A stretch of DNA of 64,000 bases from positions 69,118 through 133,117 of the forward strand of contig JAFXEX010000014.1 of the NCBI GenBank assembly GCA_017520825.1. Reading direction: 5' to 3'. Both the position numbers and the translations under genes were made by a program. Positions 18,485 through 27,910 of the stretch are shown here, one piece after another; position 1 is the first letter of the stretch; each line of letters opens with the position of its first letter. This stretch comes from Clostridia bacterium. Lineage in GTDB: Bacteria > Bacillota > Clostridia > Oscillospirales > SIG627. The notes beneath the pieces were generated by a model. The model searched no databases. It was not told where the DNA came from and saw only the letters and a program-made list of their open reading frames with translations.

Positions 18485-18495
18485 TTTCGCCCTCG

Positions 18496-19095
18496 TTATT
18501 GTTTCGTAAGTCTTTTAAGTGAAAGTCTGATAAGCTCCTCAACCGATAGCTTTTCGCTTCCCTCGAAGCTCATAGCGCTCATTGCCTCGCTTCTGGAATA
18601 GCCAAGCGCCTCAAGAGACATAAGTGCGTCCTGAACGGCAGAGGTTTTTGCAGGAATACTTGACGTTCTTGTGGGAGTGGCAACGAAATCGTCCCGTCCA
18701 AGCTTGTCCTTAAGCTCGAGAATGATTTTCTGCGCCGTTCTCACGCCGATTCCCTGCGCCGAGGAGATTGCCTTTGCGTCCTCTGACATTATCGCCATAG
18801 TGAATTGGTCGGGGGAGAGCGCCGACAGAATTGCCATTGCTGCCTTCGGCCCTACTCCCGAAATTGAGATGAGCATTTCAAATATTCTTTTTTCTTCAAC
18901 GCTGTAAAAGCCGTAAAGCTCGTGAGCGTCTTCCTTGACGTGAAAATAGGTGTAAAGCCGAGCCTCGCCCTCGCTACCCTGAAGCCGTCCTGCCGTTTTG
19001 TCGCTGACGGTAAGCTCGTAGCCTATTCCGTTGTTGTCAATTACGGCAACGCCACGTCCCACAAGGACGAGCTTGCCCGAAACATAGTAATACAT
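18496..19095 (-). CDS. ruvA: Holliday junction DNA-binding protein RuvA
   Basis: It has HhH motifs ([25 protein letters not shown]) and lies adjacent to ruvB. Confidence 0.9.
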   Translation of the reverse strand: MYYYVSGKLVLVGRGVAVIDNNGIGYELTVSDKTAGRLQGSEGEARLYTYFHVKEDAHELYGFYSVEEKRIFEMLISISGVGPKAAMAILSALSPDQFTMAIMSEDAKAISSAQGIGVRTAQKIILELKDKLGRDDFVATPTRTSSIPAKTSAVQDALMSLEALGYSRSEAMSAMSFEGSEKLSVEELIRLSLKRLTKQ

Positions 19096-19097
19096 TA

Positions 19098-19622
19098 TCA
19101 GTTTCCACCTGTCTTTTTGGAATATTTCAAAGGATTAAGGTTTTTCATTTTACTGCTTCTTGAATGTCCGTGGCAGATTGCCAGCGCCAATGCGTCGGCA
19201 GCGTCGTCGGGCTTTGGCATTTTGTCAAGCTTGAGAAATACTCTCGTCATTTCCATAACCTGTTTTTTCTCGGCTCTGCCGTAGCCTACCATTGCCTGCT
19301 TTACCTGCAGTGGAGTGTATTCAAAAATGGGTATTCTGTTTTCCTCTGCCGTGAGGAGAAGAACTCCTCTCGCCTGAGCCACGTTTATAGCCGTCTTCTG
19401 ATTGTTGTTGAAGAACAGCTCTTCAATTGATATTTCGTCGGGTGTATAACGCTTGATAATGTCGGAGAGTGCCATATGTATGAGAAAAAGCCGTCTTTCC
19501 ACCCTCATACCTGACGGAGTCGTTATAGTGCCACAGTCAAGATATCTGAAGTTACCCTTTTCAAAGCTTACCACGCCCCAGCCCACCGTTGCGATACCCG
19601 GGTCTATACCTAATATTATCAT
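19098..19622 (-). CDS. ruvC: Holliday junction resolvase RuvC
   Basis: The N-terminus MIILGIDPGIATVGWG is typical of RuvC. The listed ORF start at 19706 adds an implausible 28-aa extension. Confidence 0.85.
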   Translation of the reverse strand: MIILGIDPGIATVGWGVVSFEKGNFRYLDCGTITTPSGMRVERRLFLIHMALSDIIKRYTPDEISIEELFFNNNQKTAINVAQARGVLLLTAEENRIPIFEYTPLQVKQAMVGYGRAEKKQVMEMTRVFLKLDKMPKPDDAADALALAICHGHSRSSKMKNLNPLKYSKKTGGN

Positions 19623-19802
19623 TTTTTTAAAACCGTATTCCAAAAAATATCTGAAATTTATATTACGTCTCATTATATAATATAAGACTTCATTATATAA
19701 TAACATAATTATTGTGAAAAGTCAACAGAAAACCCTTTAGGACAGACAAGAAAGCCCCTGCCTCCCAAGGTGGGGGCAGGGGTGGGCTTAAAAGCTTTTT
19801 CT

Positions 19803-20366
19803 TTAACGGCAACAGTTATCGTACTTTCCGTATCTGGTTACAATCCATATTCCACATTCACCCTGTTTTACAGGCTGACAAAGCTCGAATATCATACAAC
19901 CGGCGCAGGTTACGCCAAGCACCACGTAGGTCTTGTCGCAGCATCTGCAGCTTCCTGCAAGATAAGAGGGAAGTCCTCTGAAGCATTGGTCGATATAGCA
20001 GTTCTGCATAAAGCGTGCTGCAACTGCCACGGGGTCGGTGCGCCACACCTCGTAGCCGTTGTCTGCAAGGTCCTGAAGCTCCTGAAGTCTGCAGGGGCAG
20101 AATTCCTCGGGTGAGTTTTTAAATCTCACGCCACTAAGGTCCACGTTGTTTTCGTTACAGCGCGTCAGCATAGCCGAGCCACCGTTTTCGCAGCCTACGG
20201 GGGTGTTGTCTCCACAATAGGGAGAGTTACAACCACTGTTTCTGTTCCTTACAGTGTTGCAGGAATTGTCGGAGTTGCAACAGCCCGAGCCTTTGTTTCC
20301 CGACAGCTCGGGAATTATCAGGAGACCAAGTGCCAGAAGTATGGGCAAAAAGGTCGAAAAATCCAT
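19803..20366 (-). CDS. Cys-rich secreted or membrane-anchored hypothetical protein (187 aa)
   Basis: A GAAAGGAG RBS is present. It has an N-terminal hydrophobic segment and about twenty Cys residues, including CC pairs (GCCNSDNSC, SCRCC, DNCC). Confidence 0.6.
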   Translation of the reverse strand: MDFSTFLPILLALGLLIIPELSGNKGSGCCNSDNSCNTVRNRNSGCNSPYCGDNTPVGCENGGSAMLTRCNENNVDLSGVRFKNSPEEFCPCRLQELQDLADNGYEVWRTDPVAVAARFMQNCYIDQCFRGLPSYLAGSCRCCDKTYVVLGVTCAGCMIFELCQPVKQGECGIWIVTRYGKYDNCCR

Positions 20367-20568
20367 AAGGGTACTCCTTTCAAAGCATAGTTAAACGCTT
20401 TTGCGTTCCTTACATAATATTCTTCTTTCACCCAATATGATTATTGAAAACAAAAGCTATTGTTAACCGAAATTTAATACTTTTTGAATATTGCGCCAAG
20501 TTGTTTGTTAAAAGTGTGCAAAAATGAAAAAAAGTATTGTGCATTTGATAAAAACTTTAAAATTATCA

Positions 20569-20597
20569 TTGCAAAAAAAGAGGGTTTATGTTACAAT
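20569..20597 (+). promoter_or_regulatory. Sigma-A-type promoter (TTGCAA-17-TACAAT)
   Basis: Read directly, about 80 nt upstream of the 20677 ATG. Confidence 0.6.
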
Positions 20598-20676
20598 ATA
20601 CCATGAATTATTGCGTGAGTTCAAAGCAGACGGGGGTCTGACTTTGACGTAGCACTATCTTTTCAGGAGGAAAATT

Positions 20677-22428
20677 ATGAAGAAATTAGTATCCATCGTA
20701 CTTATGTGTCTGATGCTTCTCGGCGTTCTTTCGGGATGCGCAGTAGACAGCGAGGACAAGGGTGCTATAATCCCCGTTTCCATTTCCAAGGAAATGAAGG
20801 CTTATGACCCCGTTCCCATGATTTACGATGCAGAGCTTGTAATGAACACAGGTGTTCTTTATGAAGGTCTTACCGTGGTTAACGAAAACGGCAAGATTGA
20901 AAAAGGACTTGCAGAGGATTGGTATACCAAGATTGACGAGGAAAGAGGAGAATATTGGCTCTACTTCGAAATCGAGGAAGGAACGTCATGGGACGATGAA
21001 AGATACGTTCAGGCAGACGACTTCGTTTATGCCTGGAGAAGAATTCTTTCTCCCTCCACCTCAAGCCCTGCTGCGTGCTTGCTTTACGGCATAAAGAACG
21101 CTAAGGCTTACAAGGCGGGCGACGTTACTGCCGACGACCTTGGAGTATATGCAGAAAGCGACTCTCTTCTTAAGGTAGAGTTTGAAGGTCCCTTCGACCT
21201 TGACCTTTTCCTTGAGGCAGTTTCCAGCCCTGCTCTCGTTGCTCAGCGTGAGGACAACGTTGCAGGACGCGAGGATTCCTGGGCTGCATCTCTTGACCAC
21301 TACGCCGCAAACGGCGCCTTCACCATTAAGAATCTTGAAATGGGCGAGAGCGTGACCTTCCAGAGAAACGCCGTATACGGACGTGAAAAGACCAGCGATA
21401 CTGCCGTTTACAAGGTAGTTAAGCCCTGGAAGCTTACTCAGGACTTCACTCTTTCCATTGAGGAAAATATAGAGAAATTCAACAACGGCGAAATTTACTA
21501 TATCAGCCGTTTCGACAAGGAAACCTACGATGCATACGAAAAGAAGATTGATACTCAGGACCTTCTTTCAGTATATTCATATTTCTTCAATACAACCAAG
21601 GCACCCTTTGATAACCAGCTTGTAAGACAGGCTCTCAGCGTTGCTCTTGACAGAGAAGAAATTGCAGAGCTCAGCCTTGGTGGCAAGCCTGCAACAGGAC
21701 TTGTAACCTACGGCGTACACGACACCAAGACCTCAAAGTCATTCAGAAAGGTTGGCAAGGACCTTATTGATACCAACGCAAATCTTGAAAAGGCTAAGGA
21801 CCTTATCAAGCAGGCAGGTATCAAGGCTTCTGACTACACCATTAATATTTACACCCTTCGTGACGAGGCCGACGTGGCAATCGCAGAGTACACCAAGGAG
21901 GTTTGGGAAGGTCTCGGCTTCAAGGTTAAGCTCAGCTCAGGTGGTGGTCGTAACTACACCAACAAGCTTTATCTCGGCGACTTCGACGTAATCGGTATCG
22001 ACTACCAGGGACTTACCACAGACGCATTCTCATTCCTTGCACCCTTTGCAAAGGAATACAGTGGCGAGGCTATTGATATTACTGCAGAGGAAAGAACTGC
22101 TACACACGTTACGGGCTTTGACAACGAAGAGTACAACGCTCTTATCGACAAGGCGTTCAACACTCTTGACAACAAGGAAAGAGTATCACTCCTTCACGAT
22201 GCAGAGGAAATGCTTATCGACCTTTGCCCCGTTGCACCCCTTCACTTCAACGTTAATTCTTATATGAAGTCCAAGAAGCTTTCAAACCTTGAGTTCTCGG
22301 GCTACGGCTTCACAATCTTCACAGAAGCAAAGCTTAAGAATTACGAGGAGTCAAATGCAGTTATTATTGCAGAGGAAGAGGCTCGCAAGAAGGCTGAAAT
22401 CGAGGCTAACAAGAATAAGAACAAGTAA
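20677..22428 (+). CDS. ABC transporter substrate-binding lipoprotein, family 5 (peptide/nickel type), orphan
   Basis: It has a lipobox LSGCAV and the length and motifs typical of the OppA/DppA family. No permease or ATPase genes are adjacent. Confidence 0.8.
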   Translation: MKKLVSIVLMCLMLLGVLSGCAVDSEDKGAIIPVSISKEMKAYDPVPMIYDAELVMNTGVLYEGLTVVNENGKIEKGLAEDWYTKIDEERGEYWLYFEIEEGTSWDDERYVQADDFVYAWRRILSPSTSSPAACLLYGIKNAKAYKAGDVTADDLGVYAESDSLLKVEFEGPFDLDLFLEAVSSPALVAQREDNVAGREDSWAASLDHYAANGAFTIKNLEMGESVTFQRNAVYGREKTSDTAVYKVVKPWKLTQDFTLSIEENIEKFNNGEIYYISRFDKETYDAYEKKIDTQDLLSVYSYFFNTTKAPFDNQLVRQALSVALDREEIAELSLGGKPATGLVTYGVHDTKTSKSFRKVGKDLIDTNANLEKAKDLIKQAGIKASDYTINIYTLRDEADVAIAEYTKEVWEGLGFKVKLSSGGGRNYTNKLYLGDFDVIGIDYQGLTTDAFSFLAPFAKEYSGEAIDITAEERTATHVTGFDNEEYNALIDKAFNTLDNKERVSLLHDAEEMLIDLCPVAPLHFNVNSYMKSKKLSNLEFSGYGFTIFTEAKLKNYEESNAVIIAEEEARKKAEIEANKNKNK

Positions 22429-22474
22429 TTTTCATAAATTTTTGTTAAAAATTCATAAAAAAGTAAAATAAATA

Positions 22475-22503
22475 TTGACAAAAAGAAAAGCCGTATGTAT
22501 AAT
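22475..22503 (+). promoter_or_regulatory. Consensus sigma-A promoter (TTGACA-17-TATAAT) for yceD-rpmF
   Basis: Perfect hexamers with a 17-nt spacer, read directly. Confidence 0.75.
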
Positions 22504-22547
22504 AGACATTGTGGTTTTTCTCGAAAAGACTCATGAAAGAGGCTTTG

Positions 22548-23063
22548 ATGGAACAAACTGTAAACAATCGCTACTTGCTTGACGTTTCGGATTTGCTCCG
22601 AGGGGACAGGAGAGAGCTTGATGTTGACGCCACCGTTGAGGTCAGCGACGATATGGGTATCACCTTTATTGAATCCCCCCGAATAACAGGCAAGGCAGTA
22701 AATATGTCGGGATATATTGAGCTCTCGGCAAAGTTAATTGTTAAATACGAAACCGTTTGTGACAGATGTCTCAAGGAGCTTGAGCGTGAAATGGTGCTTG
22801 ATATTAAGTGCCCCATAGCCGAAAGCCTTGAGAATATGGACAACGATGAGTATCTCATTCCCGAAAACGGGCTCATTGATTTAAGTGAGCTTGCAAGGGA
22901 AAACATAATCCTTAATCTTCCCTTATCACACCTGTGCGATGAAAATTGCAAGGGGCTTTGCACCAAGTGTGGAGCCGACCTCAATCACGGCGATTGTGGT
23001 TGCGTGAGAGTGGAGAAGGACCCTCGTTGGAGTGCTTTGGAACACTTTTTCGACGAGGACTGA
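22548..23063 (+). CDS. yceD: YceD/DUF177 family protein
   Basis: It has a C-terminal Cys cluster (CDENCKGLCTKCGADLNHGDCGC) and lies upstream of rpmF. The start is set at the ATG at 22548, which has an AAAGAGG RBS, because the listed TTG at 22509 falls at the predicted transcription start. Confidence 0.8.
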   Translation: MEQTVNNRYLLDVSDLLRGDRRELDVDATVEVSDDMGITFIESPRITGKAVNMSGYIELSAKLIVKYETVCDRCLKELEREMVLDIKCPIAESLENMDNDEYLIPENGLIDLSELARENIILNLPLSHLCDENCKGLCTKCGADLNHGDCGCVRVEKDPRWSALEHFFDED

Positions 23064-23113
23064 AAAAGTATAAACTAATCTATTTATAGAAGAACGAGGA
23101 GGTGTCAAGTAAG

Positions 23114-23293
23114 ATGGCAGTACCGAAGAGAAAAGTATCAAGTCAGAGACAGAATAAGAGACGTTCAAGCGTTTGGAAGCTTAAGGTTCCCGGACTTTCA
23201 GTTTGCGCAAAGTGTGGAGAGTACAACCTTCCTCACAGAGTTTGTTCAAAGTGCGGTTCTTACAATGGCGAGGAAGTCATAAAGCAGAACTAA
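23114..23293 (+). CDS. rpmF: 50S ribosomal protein L32
   Basis: MAVPKRKVS...[18 protein letters not shown]. The listed GTG start at 23102 lies inside the GAGGAGGTG RBS. Confidence 0.95.
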   Translation: MAVPKRKVSSQRQNKRRSSVWKLKVPGLSVCAKCGEYNLPHRVCSKCGSYNGEEVIKQN

Positions 23294-23310
23294 TCAGAAC
23301 GGTAAAAATT

Positions 23311-23340
23311 ATGCCATACCGCCAGCGGTATGGCATTTTT
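23311..23340 (+). terminator. rpmF rho-independent terminator
   Basis: An 11-bp stem ATGCCATACCG-CCAG-CGGTATGGCAT is followed by a T run. Confidence 0.85.
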
Positions 23341-23379
23341 ACTTATAGGAAACTGCATAAAATCAGAATTGCCATTTAA

Positions 23380-23515
23380 GAAAATGCAAAATTAACAATT
23401 AACAGTGCACAGTTAATGATAATTTCGCTATGCGAAATTTTCTTTGATTGAAAATTTGCCAAGGGCAAATTAACGTTCATTCTGCATTGTGCATTGTGAA
23501 TTCTGCATTTAATTG
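23380..23515. repeat. Hairpin/heptad module (H)
   Basis: It contains AATTTCGC-TAT-GCGAAATT (23421-23439), AATTTGCC-AAG-GGCAAATT (23453-23471) and TGCATTG-type repeats (ctgcattgtgcattgtgaattctgcatt). Confidence 0.75.
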
Positions 23516-23554
23516 TGGTAGCACATCGTTTTTTACGGTGTAAAATGAGGTAAT

Positions 23555-24850
23555 ATGGTAGAAATTAAATCCGTTGTACCCGGCTCCTACGCCGACAAAA
23601 AGGGTATTCGGGCAGGGGAGAAGCTGATTTCGGTTAACTCCCACCCCATAAGAGATATACTTGACTATCGCTTCTACGTTTGCGAAAAGACGGTAACCCT
23701 CACCCTTGATACAAGAGAAATAACTATAAAAAAAGACGAATACGACGATATAGGTCTTGAATTTGAAACCTTCCTTATGGATAAGCAGGAGTCATGTCGG
23801 AACAAGTGTATTTTCTGCTTCATCGACCAGAACCCCCACGGAATGAGGGAGAGCATCTACTTCAAGGACGACGACACCCGTCTCGCCTTTCTTTTCGGCA
23901 ACTACGTCACACTGACCAACGTGCCCGACTCCGAGCTTGAAAGACTTGTGAAGATGCACATTTCACCGGTAAACGTGTCGGTTCAGGCGACCAATCCCCA
24001 GCTGAGAAAAATGATGCTCAACAATCGCTTTGCAGGCAGAGTGCTGGAGCAGATGAGAATACTTGCCGACGGTGGTATCGACCTCAACGCACAGATAGTG
24101 TTGTGCAAGGGAGTAAACGACGGCAGTGAGCTTGAGCGCAGTCTCTACGATCTGGAGGGGCTTGTTCCTGCCTTGAAGAGCGTTTCGGTAGTACCGGTGG
24201 GGCTTACCAAGTACAGAAAGGGACTTTATCCCCTTGAGCCGTTTAGTGAGGAAGAGTGCCGTCAGGTAGTGGAAACGGTGGAGCGCATTGGCTCAGACTT
24301 TTTGAAAAAGCACGGAACGAGGCTTGTTTTTGCTTCCGACGAGTTTTATATAAGGGCAGGGCTTCCCATTCCGTCAGCCGATTTTTACGAGGGCTATCCT
24401 CAGCTTGAAAACGGCGTTGGAATGATTGCCTCTCTTTGTGAGGATATAGACGACGAAATTGATTTTACCCTTGGCGAAGAGCCTGACACCCACATCTCAA
24501 GGCGTGTCAGCGTGGTTACGGGCAAGGCTTCTTATAAAACTATTGTAGAGCAGGTTGAAAAAATCTGTAAAATTTGGTATAATATAGATTGCAGAGTATA
24601 CGAAATCAGAAATGATTTCTACGGCGAGAACGTTACGGTTTCGGGATTACTGACGGGACAGGACATTATTGCGCAGCTCAAGGGCAAGGAGCTTGGAGAC
24701 CTTCTTCTCATACCTCGCAACGCATTGCGTCACCAGGGAGACTGCTTCCTCGACGGAGTGACTGTAGAGGAAATGGAAAGGGCTCTCGGGGTAAGCGTTT
24801 TACCCTCTGCCGACGGCTCGGAGCTTCTGCACGGAATAATCGGAGACTGA
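23555..24850 (+). CDS. PDZ + DUF512 radical-SAM-like protein
   Basis: It has an N-terminal PDZ-like segment and a canonical CRNKCIFC (CX3CX2C) motif, and lies upstream of der. Confidence 0.8.
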   Translation: MVEIKSVVPGSYADKKGIRAGEKLISVNSHPIRDILDYRFYVCEKTVTLTLDTREITIKKDEYDDIGLEFETFLMDKQESCRNKCIFCFIDQNPHGMRESIYFKDDDTRLAFLFGNYVTLTNVPDSELERLVKMHISPVNVSVQATNPQLRKMMLNNRFAGRVLEQMRILADGGIDLNAQIVLCKGVNDGSELERSLYDLEGLVPALKSVSVVPVGLTKYRKGLYPLEPFSEEECRQVVETVERIGSDFLKKHGTRLVFASDEFYIRAGLPIPSADFYEGYPQLENGVGMIASLCEDIDDEIDFTLGEEPDTHISRRVSVVTGKASYKTIVEQVEKICKIWYNIDCRVYEIRNDFYGENVTVSGLLTGQDIIAQLKGKELGDLLLIPRNALRHQGDCFLDGVTVEEMERALGVSVLPSADGSELLHGIIGD

Positions 24851-24864
24851 TAAAGGAGAATTGT

Positions 24865-26193
24865 ATGTCAAAACCCATTGTTGCCATTGTGGGCAGACCC
24901 AACGTGGGAAAAAGCACGTTTTTCAATAAAATAGTGGGCGAGAGAATATCAATAGTTCAGGACACCCCCGGCGTTACCAGAGACAGAATTTACTATGAAG
25001 CAGAATGGTGCTCCAGAAAAATGATGCTCATTGATACGGGTGGTATCGAGCCCAAGGCAGACGATATTATTTTAAAGCACATTCTTACCCAGGCGCAGAT
25101 TGCCATTGAGTCTGCCGACGTTATAATTATGCTGGTTGACGTTACCACGGGCGTTACTGCCTCCGACCGTGACGTTGCCTCAATGCTCAAGCGCTCCAAT
25201 AAGCCCGTGGTGTTAGCCGTAAACAAGTGCGACAGTGTGGGCGCACCTCCCATGGAGTTTTACGAGTTCTATGAGCTTGGCTTTGAAAACGACCCCATTG
25301 CCGTTTCCTCAATTCACGGAACGGGTACGGGCGACGTGCTTGACGAGGTGGTTTCCTATTTCCCCGACAGCGAAGCCGAGGAAGAGGACGACGACACCAT
25401 AAAGGTTGCCGTTATCGGTAAGCCCAATGCAGGAAAAAGCTCGCTGGTAAATAAAATTCTCGGTGAGGAAAGAGTTATAGTGTCCGACGTGGCAGGTACC
25501 ACCCGTGACGCTATCGACTCCTTCGTGGAAAACCAGCATGGCAAATATAACCTTATTGACACTGCAGGAATAAGACGAAACGCCAAGATAGAGGACTCCA
25601 TTGAAAAGTACAGCGTTTTAAGGGCTAACCTTGCTCTTGAAAGAAGTGACGTCTGCCTTATCATGATAGATGCAAACGAGGGCGTTACTGCTCAGGACGA
25701 GCGCATTGCAGGTCTTGCCCACGAGGCAGGAAAAGCGTCGGTTATCTGCGTTAATAAGTGGGACACCGTTGAAAAGGACAACTCCACCACCAAGAAGTTT
25801 ACCGAGCAGGTTTATCAGGCGCTGTCCTATATGACCTACGCCCCTCTGGTGTTTATTTCGGCTAAAACCGGTCAGAGAGTGGACACACTTTTCGAGCATA
25901 TAAACTACGTTAATCTTCAATCCAATCTCCGTGTATCAACGGGTATGCTCAACGATTTACTTGCCGAGGCGACAACCAGAGTCCAGCCTCCCTCGGACAA
26001 GGGCAAATTCCTGAAAATATACTATATGACACAGATAGGAGTAAAGCCTCCCACATTCGTTATCTTCTGTAACAAGGCAGAGCTTTTCCATTTCTCCTAT
26101 CAGCGATATATTGAAAACTGCCTGAGAACCACCTTCGGCTTCAAGGGCACACCCATCAAGCTTATTATCAGGGAGAAGGGGGAAGATAAATGA
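24865..26193 (+). CDS. der: Ribosome-associated GTPase Der (EngA)
   Basis: It has two tandem GTPase domains (GRPNVGKST and GKPNAGKSS) and a KH-like C-terminus. Confidence 0.95.
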   Translation: MSKPIVAIVGRPNVGKSTFFNKIVGERISIVQDTPGVTRDRIYYEAEWCSRKMMLIDTGGIEPKADDIILKHILTQAQIAIESADVIIMLVDVTTGVTASDRDVASMLKRSNKPVVLAVNKCDSVGAPPMEFYEFYELGFENDPIAVSSIHGTGTGDVLDEVVSYFPDSEAEEEDDDTIKVAVIGKPNAGKSSLVNKILGEERVIVSDVAGTTRDAIDSFVENQHGKYNLIDTAGIRRNAKIEDSIEKYSVLRANLALERSDVCLIMIDANEGVTAQDERIAGLAHEAGKASVICVNKWDTVEKDNSTTKKFTEQVYQALSYMTYAPLVFISAKTGQRVDTLFEHINYVNLQSNLRVSTGMLNDLLAEATTRVQPPSDKGKFLKIYYMTQIGVKPPTFVIFCNKAELFHFSYQRYIENCLRTTFGFKGTPIKLIIREKGEDK

Positions 26194-26948
26194 GCTTCTA
26201 TGAATTGAGAAAATTCGGTTATCTCTTTACCAGACTTTGTGGTGATTCGGTGCCCTACGGGGTAATGATAGAGGACACTCTCGTGCCCTTTAATTACGAT
26301 AATCGCTTCATCGCCCTTCTTGAAACCGAAAAGGGCTGGATTGCAGGCCTGGCGCTCCTTCTTTGCGCCGTTGTCTCCTATTTGATAGGTAGCCTTAACT
26401 TTGCCGTTATACTGTCCAGAGTATTCCACCACGACGATATAAGAAAGCACGGAAGTGGAAACGCAGGCGCTACCAATATGGTGCGCACCTACGGACGCGT
26501 ATGGGGAGTGCTTACCTTCGTTTGCGACGGATTAAAGGCTGTGGTTTCGGTGCTGGGCTCTATGCTTCTTATGGGCGAGGGTGGTGCGTATATAGGTGCG
26601 CTTTTCGCCATACTCGGACACATTTTCCCCGTCTATTATAAGTTTCAGGGTGGTAAGGGCGTTGCAGTGGCTTCCATTGCCATTCTCTGTCTCAATCCCC
26701 TTGTGTTTGTCATTCTGGCAGTGCTTTTCGTGGTAATCGTATACGTTTCCCGTTACATATCACTGGGCTCTGTCATCTGCGCCTTCTTTTATCCTATGCT
26801 TCTCAACGCCTTCAACACCGACAAGGGCTTTATTTCAACTACCGTTTCGGTGCTGGTAGCAGTAATCGTTATAGTTATGCACCGTTCAAACATCAAGCGT
26901 ATGATGAACAGAACGGAAAACAAGATTGGACAAAAAGAAAAGAAATGA
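26190..26948 (+). CDS. plsY: Glycerol-3-phosphate acyltransferase PlsY
   Basis: It has the GSGNAGATN motif and multiple TM segments. Its ATGA start overlaps the der stop. The ~50-aa N-terminal extension is unusual, so the true start may be internal. Confidence 0.8.
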   Translation: MSFYELRKFGYLFTRLCGDSVPYGVMIEDTLVPFNYDNRFIALLETEKGWIAGLALLLCAVVSYLIGSLNFAVILSRVFHHDDIRKHGSGNAGATNMVRTYGRVWGVLTFVCDGLKAVVSVLGSMLLMGEGGAYIGALFAILGHIFPVYYKFQGGKGVAVASIAILCLNPLVFVILAVLFVVIVYVSRYISLGSVICAFFYPMLLNAFNTDKGFISTTVSVLVAVIVIVMHRSNIKRMMNRTENKIGQKEKK

Positions 26949-27778
26949 AAGTGGAAAGAGATGCCTTTGCTAAAATAAATCTTACCCTTGAGGTAGGTGA
27001 CAAAAGGCGTGACGGATACCATTCTCTCACCTCGGTTATGGCGAGAATTACCCTTGCCGACAGAGTGACGGTTGAGGAAAATAGCGTGGGTAGTGTGCGT
27101 TTCTACACCGATACCCCCGGCATTGACAAGGAGGACAACCTTTGCATCCGTATGGCAAACGCCTATTTTAAGGCGAGGGGCATGAGTGGGCAGGGAGTGG
27201 ATATAACCCTTGTTACCAACATTCCCATAGCCTCGGGTATGGGTGGTGGCTCTGCCGATTGCGCCTCGGTGCTTGAATGTATGGAGGAGCTTTACGGAGG
27301 GCTTGAGGACGGAGTGCGACAGTCTATCGCGCGCTCGCTTGGTGCCGACGTGCCCTATTGCCTCAAAAAAAAGCCCTGCCTTTGTACAGGCATAGGCGAT
27401 GAGTGTCAGCCCATTGACTGCGCCTCTCTTGACGGTCTTTGGCTCACCGTTTCAAAGGTTGGCGAAAAGCTGTCCACGGGCAAGGTTTACTCCGACTTTG
27501 ACGCACTTCATAAGGACAATACGGAGTATAATCACAACGCCGTTGTAAAGGCGCTTGAAAAGGGTGATATATACGCCCTTGCCCACGGCGTATTCAACGA
27601 TTTTGAAAGGGTAGTGCTTCCTGCCTCCCCTGAGGTTGCCCGAGAGCGTGACAGACTTCTGTCCCTTGGCGCATTGAGGGTGGTAATGTCGGGCGCAGGT
27701 CCTACACTCGTGGCGTTTTTTGATGACGAGGAAAGAGCAAGACAATGCTCGAAGGAAGCATATAAGATTATGCAGTGA
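26945..27778 (+). CDS. ispE: 4-diphosphocytidyl-2-C-methyl-D-erythritol kinase
   Basis: It has the GHMP kinase motif PIASGMGGGSADCA, and its ATGA start overlaps the plsY stop. Confidence 0.9.
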   Translation: MKVERDAFAKINLTLEVGDKRRDGYHSLTSVMARITLADRVTVEENSVGSVRFYTDTPGIDKEDNLCIRMANAYFKARGMSGQGVDITLVTNIPIASGMGGGSADCASVLECMEELYGGLEDGVRQSIARSLGADVPYCLKKKPCLCTGIGDECQPIDCASLDGLWLTVSKVGEKLSTGKVYSDFDALHKDNTEYNHNAVVKALEKGDIYALAHGVFNDFERVVLPASPEVARERDRLLSLGALRVVMSGAGPTLVAFFDDEERARQCSKEAYKIMQ

Positions 27779-27794
27779 TATTCCCTTCGGGAGT

Positions 27795-27870
27795 TAAGGT
27801 TGATTTGCTTCGCAAATCTTCAATCGAAGAAAATTTCGCATAGCGAAATTTTCTTCGATTGTTCATTGTG
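27795..27870. repeat. Hairpin module (H) including a perfect 19-bp-stem hairpin
   Basis: It contains GATTTGC-TTC-GCAAATC (27802-27818) and CAATCGAAGAAAATTTCGC-ATA-GCGAAATTTTCTTCGATTG (27821-27861). Confidence 0.85.
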
Positions 27871-27880
27871 CATTAAAAAA

Positions 27881-27907
27881 GCAAGACGGTTTTCCGTCTT
27901 GCTTTTT
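27881..27907. terminator. Bidirectional terminator between ispE and SBP paralog 1
   Basis: AAAAAA-GCAAGACGG-TTTT-CCGTCTTGC-TTTTT. Confidence 0.85.
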
Positions 27908-27910
27908 GTT

